From Amphiscolops sp. MND2022 (lineage: Eukaryota): a stretch of 64,000 bases of DNA. Position numbers and translations under genes: made by a program. The notes below the pieces were generated by a model. That model had not been told where the DNA came from, ran no database searches, and saw nothing but the letters and a program-made list of their open reading frames with translations. The stretch covers positions 63,428,001 through 63,492,000 of the forward strand of contig OZ076409.1 of NCBI GenBank assembly GCA_964187785.1, given 5' to 3'. Shown here one piece after another: positions 62,918 through 64,000 of the stretch. Within the stretch, counting starts at the first letter, position 1. The number at the start of each line of letters is the position of its first letter.

Positions 62918-63115
62918 CTCCTGTCACTAGGAGATTTCCATCGTCAGCGAATATGAATTTCCTACAGTTGAGGTTTTTCAACATGTCGAAAACAAAGAAA
63001 TCAAACAGATATGTTATCATCAATTCAGTTCATTTTCTTTTTGCCGACATGTTCAAAAACCTCAACTGTAAGAATTTCAACTTCGCTGACGATGGAAACC
63101 TCCTTGTGACAGGAG
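62918..63115. repeat. Fold-back (inverted duplication, arms about 85 bp) of a LINE RT fragment
   Basis: ctcctgtcactaggagatttccatcgtcagcgaa...acagttgaggtttttcaacatgtcg versus cgacatgttcaaaaacctcaactgt...ttcgctgacgatggaaacctccttgtgacaggag (FADDGNLLVTG). Confidence 0.85.
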
Positions 63116-63700
63116 ACACATAAAATCTATCTGACGGTCAAGTTACTCTCAAACAATTGGAACGGTGGTGCAAAACTCGGAGAATCGCTGTCAGTGGTGA
63201 CGAGACGTCACTCGTCCATCTCAACTCTGAGAACACGCATGCCTCAAAGCTATTCGGAGAAGCTAGTAAGGTCACCAGGAACTTCTACTAATGTTTATTC
63301 AAATCAAAAACCTACTGCTACTATCAGAACTACTAGGGGACGATATGACTCTCAAAATATTCAATTACCTATCATATCTTCTTTTTTGCGCTTCTCTCTG
63401 TTTCAGCTGGGGAGACCAAAAAATGAAACTCTGGAACACGACTTCTTCTACCAAACTTGCAGACTCGCAGTCTTTCTAAGGTTGGATATCACTGACCAAA
63501 CAAATTTAAAGAAGAAACTCCTGACTCTTATTTGTCAGAGTTTCAACAAATTCACTGAATCTGACAATTTCCCTGGTAAATGACATGCGATTGTACGATG
63601 AATAACAGCAGAAGCGAAACGACCACCTAGAACGTGATAACTGTGAGGACGTAATCCCTTGTGTTTATTAACCATAAATCCATTTTACTACTAGTAGTAG
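63030..63700 (+). mobile_element. 5'-truncated, internally deleted LINE 3' fragment
   Basis: FADD motif at about 63082, then QLERWCK, ending in a tactactagtagtag-type tail. Confidence 0.55.
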
Positions 63701-63870
63701 TGTTAAAAACGCGTCTTTACAACTTCAATTTCTTCACCCTCACTGTTCCTAAAACATGCCGCATTTCCAACCTGTGGAGCACTTGAGATACGTGGGGGCG
63801 TAGTCCTTTGTGTTTATAAACCTTAAATCCGTTTTACTACTATTTTTTATTACTAATCCGTTTTACTACT

Positions 63871-64000
63871 CAAAAATTGGAAAGATTTGACTGCCAAGTC
63901 GAACGGGCAAACTGGACTGAATTTTCTCAGAGCCCTAACAAATCTTGTGAATGTGATTCTCGAAGGAAAAGTACCTTTCGAACTTCGACCGTACTTCTTT
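63871..64000 (+). mobile_element. 5'-truncated CRE-clade-like non-LTR retrotransposon RT, runs off the window
   Basis: 63881-64000 reads KDLTAKSNGQTGLNFLRALTNLVNVILEGKVPFELRPYFF, the pattern that precedes GA.L.AL.K..GG.RPIAVG in CRE-type RTs. Confidence 0.65.

Overview
AT-rich, transposon-dense eukaryotic DNA, probably from an invertebrate animal (inferred from the STARD3 gene, BEL/Pao, CR1/L2-type and CRE-type elements). Two host genes can be assembled by hand, both on the minus strand. One is a multi-exon STARD3/MLN64 orthologue (MENTAL + START domains, about 19024 to 4923). The other is a two-exon gene for a small secreted Tyr/Gly/Arg/Trp-rich peptide (50284 to 49281). The rest is mostly mobile DNA: a young full-length BEL/Pao LTR element (31348-40665, 5-bp TSD), a second BEL 3' end, three decayed Gypsy elements, a solo LTR, a decayed CR1/L2-type LINE, a CRE-type RT fragment, tRNA-derived SINEs, a hAT relic, two Helentron-like (HINE) families and several MITEs and palindromes. 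Highlights: (1) the BEL element carries an intact extra 204-aa ORF upstream of gag with an SGNH/GDSL-like motif pattern, and a decayed homologue of that ORF lies upstream of ORF1 of the unrelated LINE, suggesting one cargo gene shared between LTR and non-LTR retrotransposons; (2) STARD3 intron 3 appears to use a non-canonical GG donor formed by a hAT-type terminal inverted repeat, and intron 1 also has its donor inside a TIR (introner-like intron gain); (3) a cationic Arg/Trp-rich secreted peptide. All homology calls come from motif recognition by eye, with no database searches.
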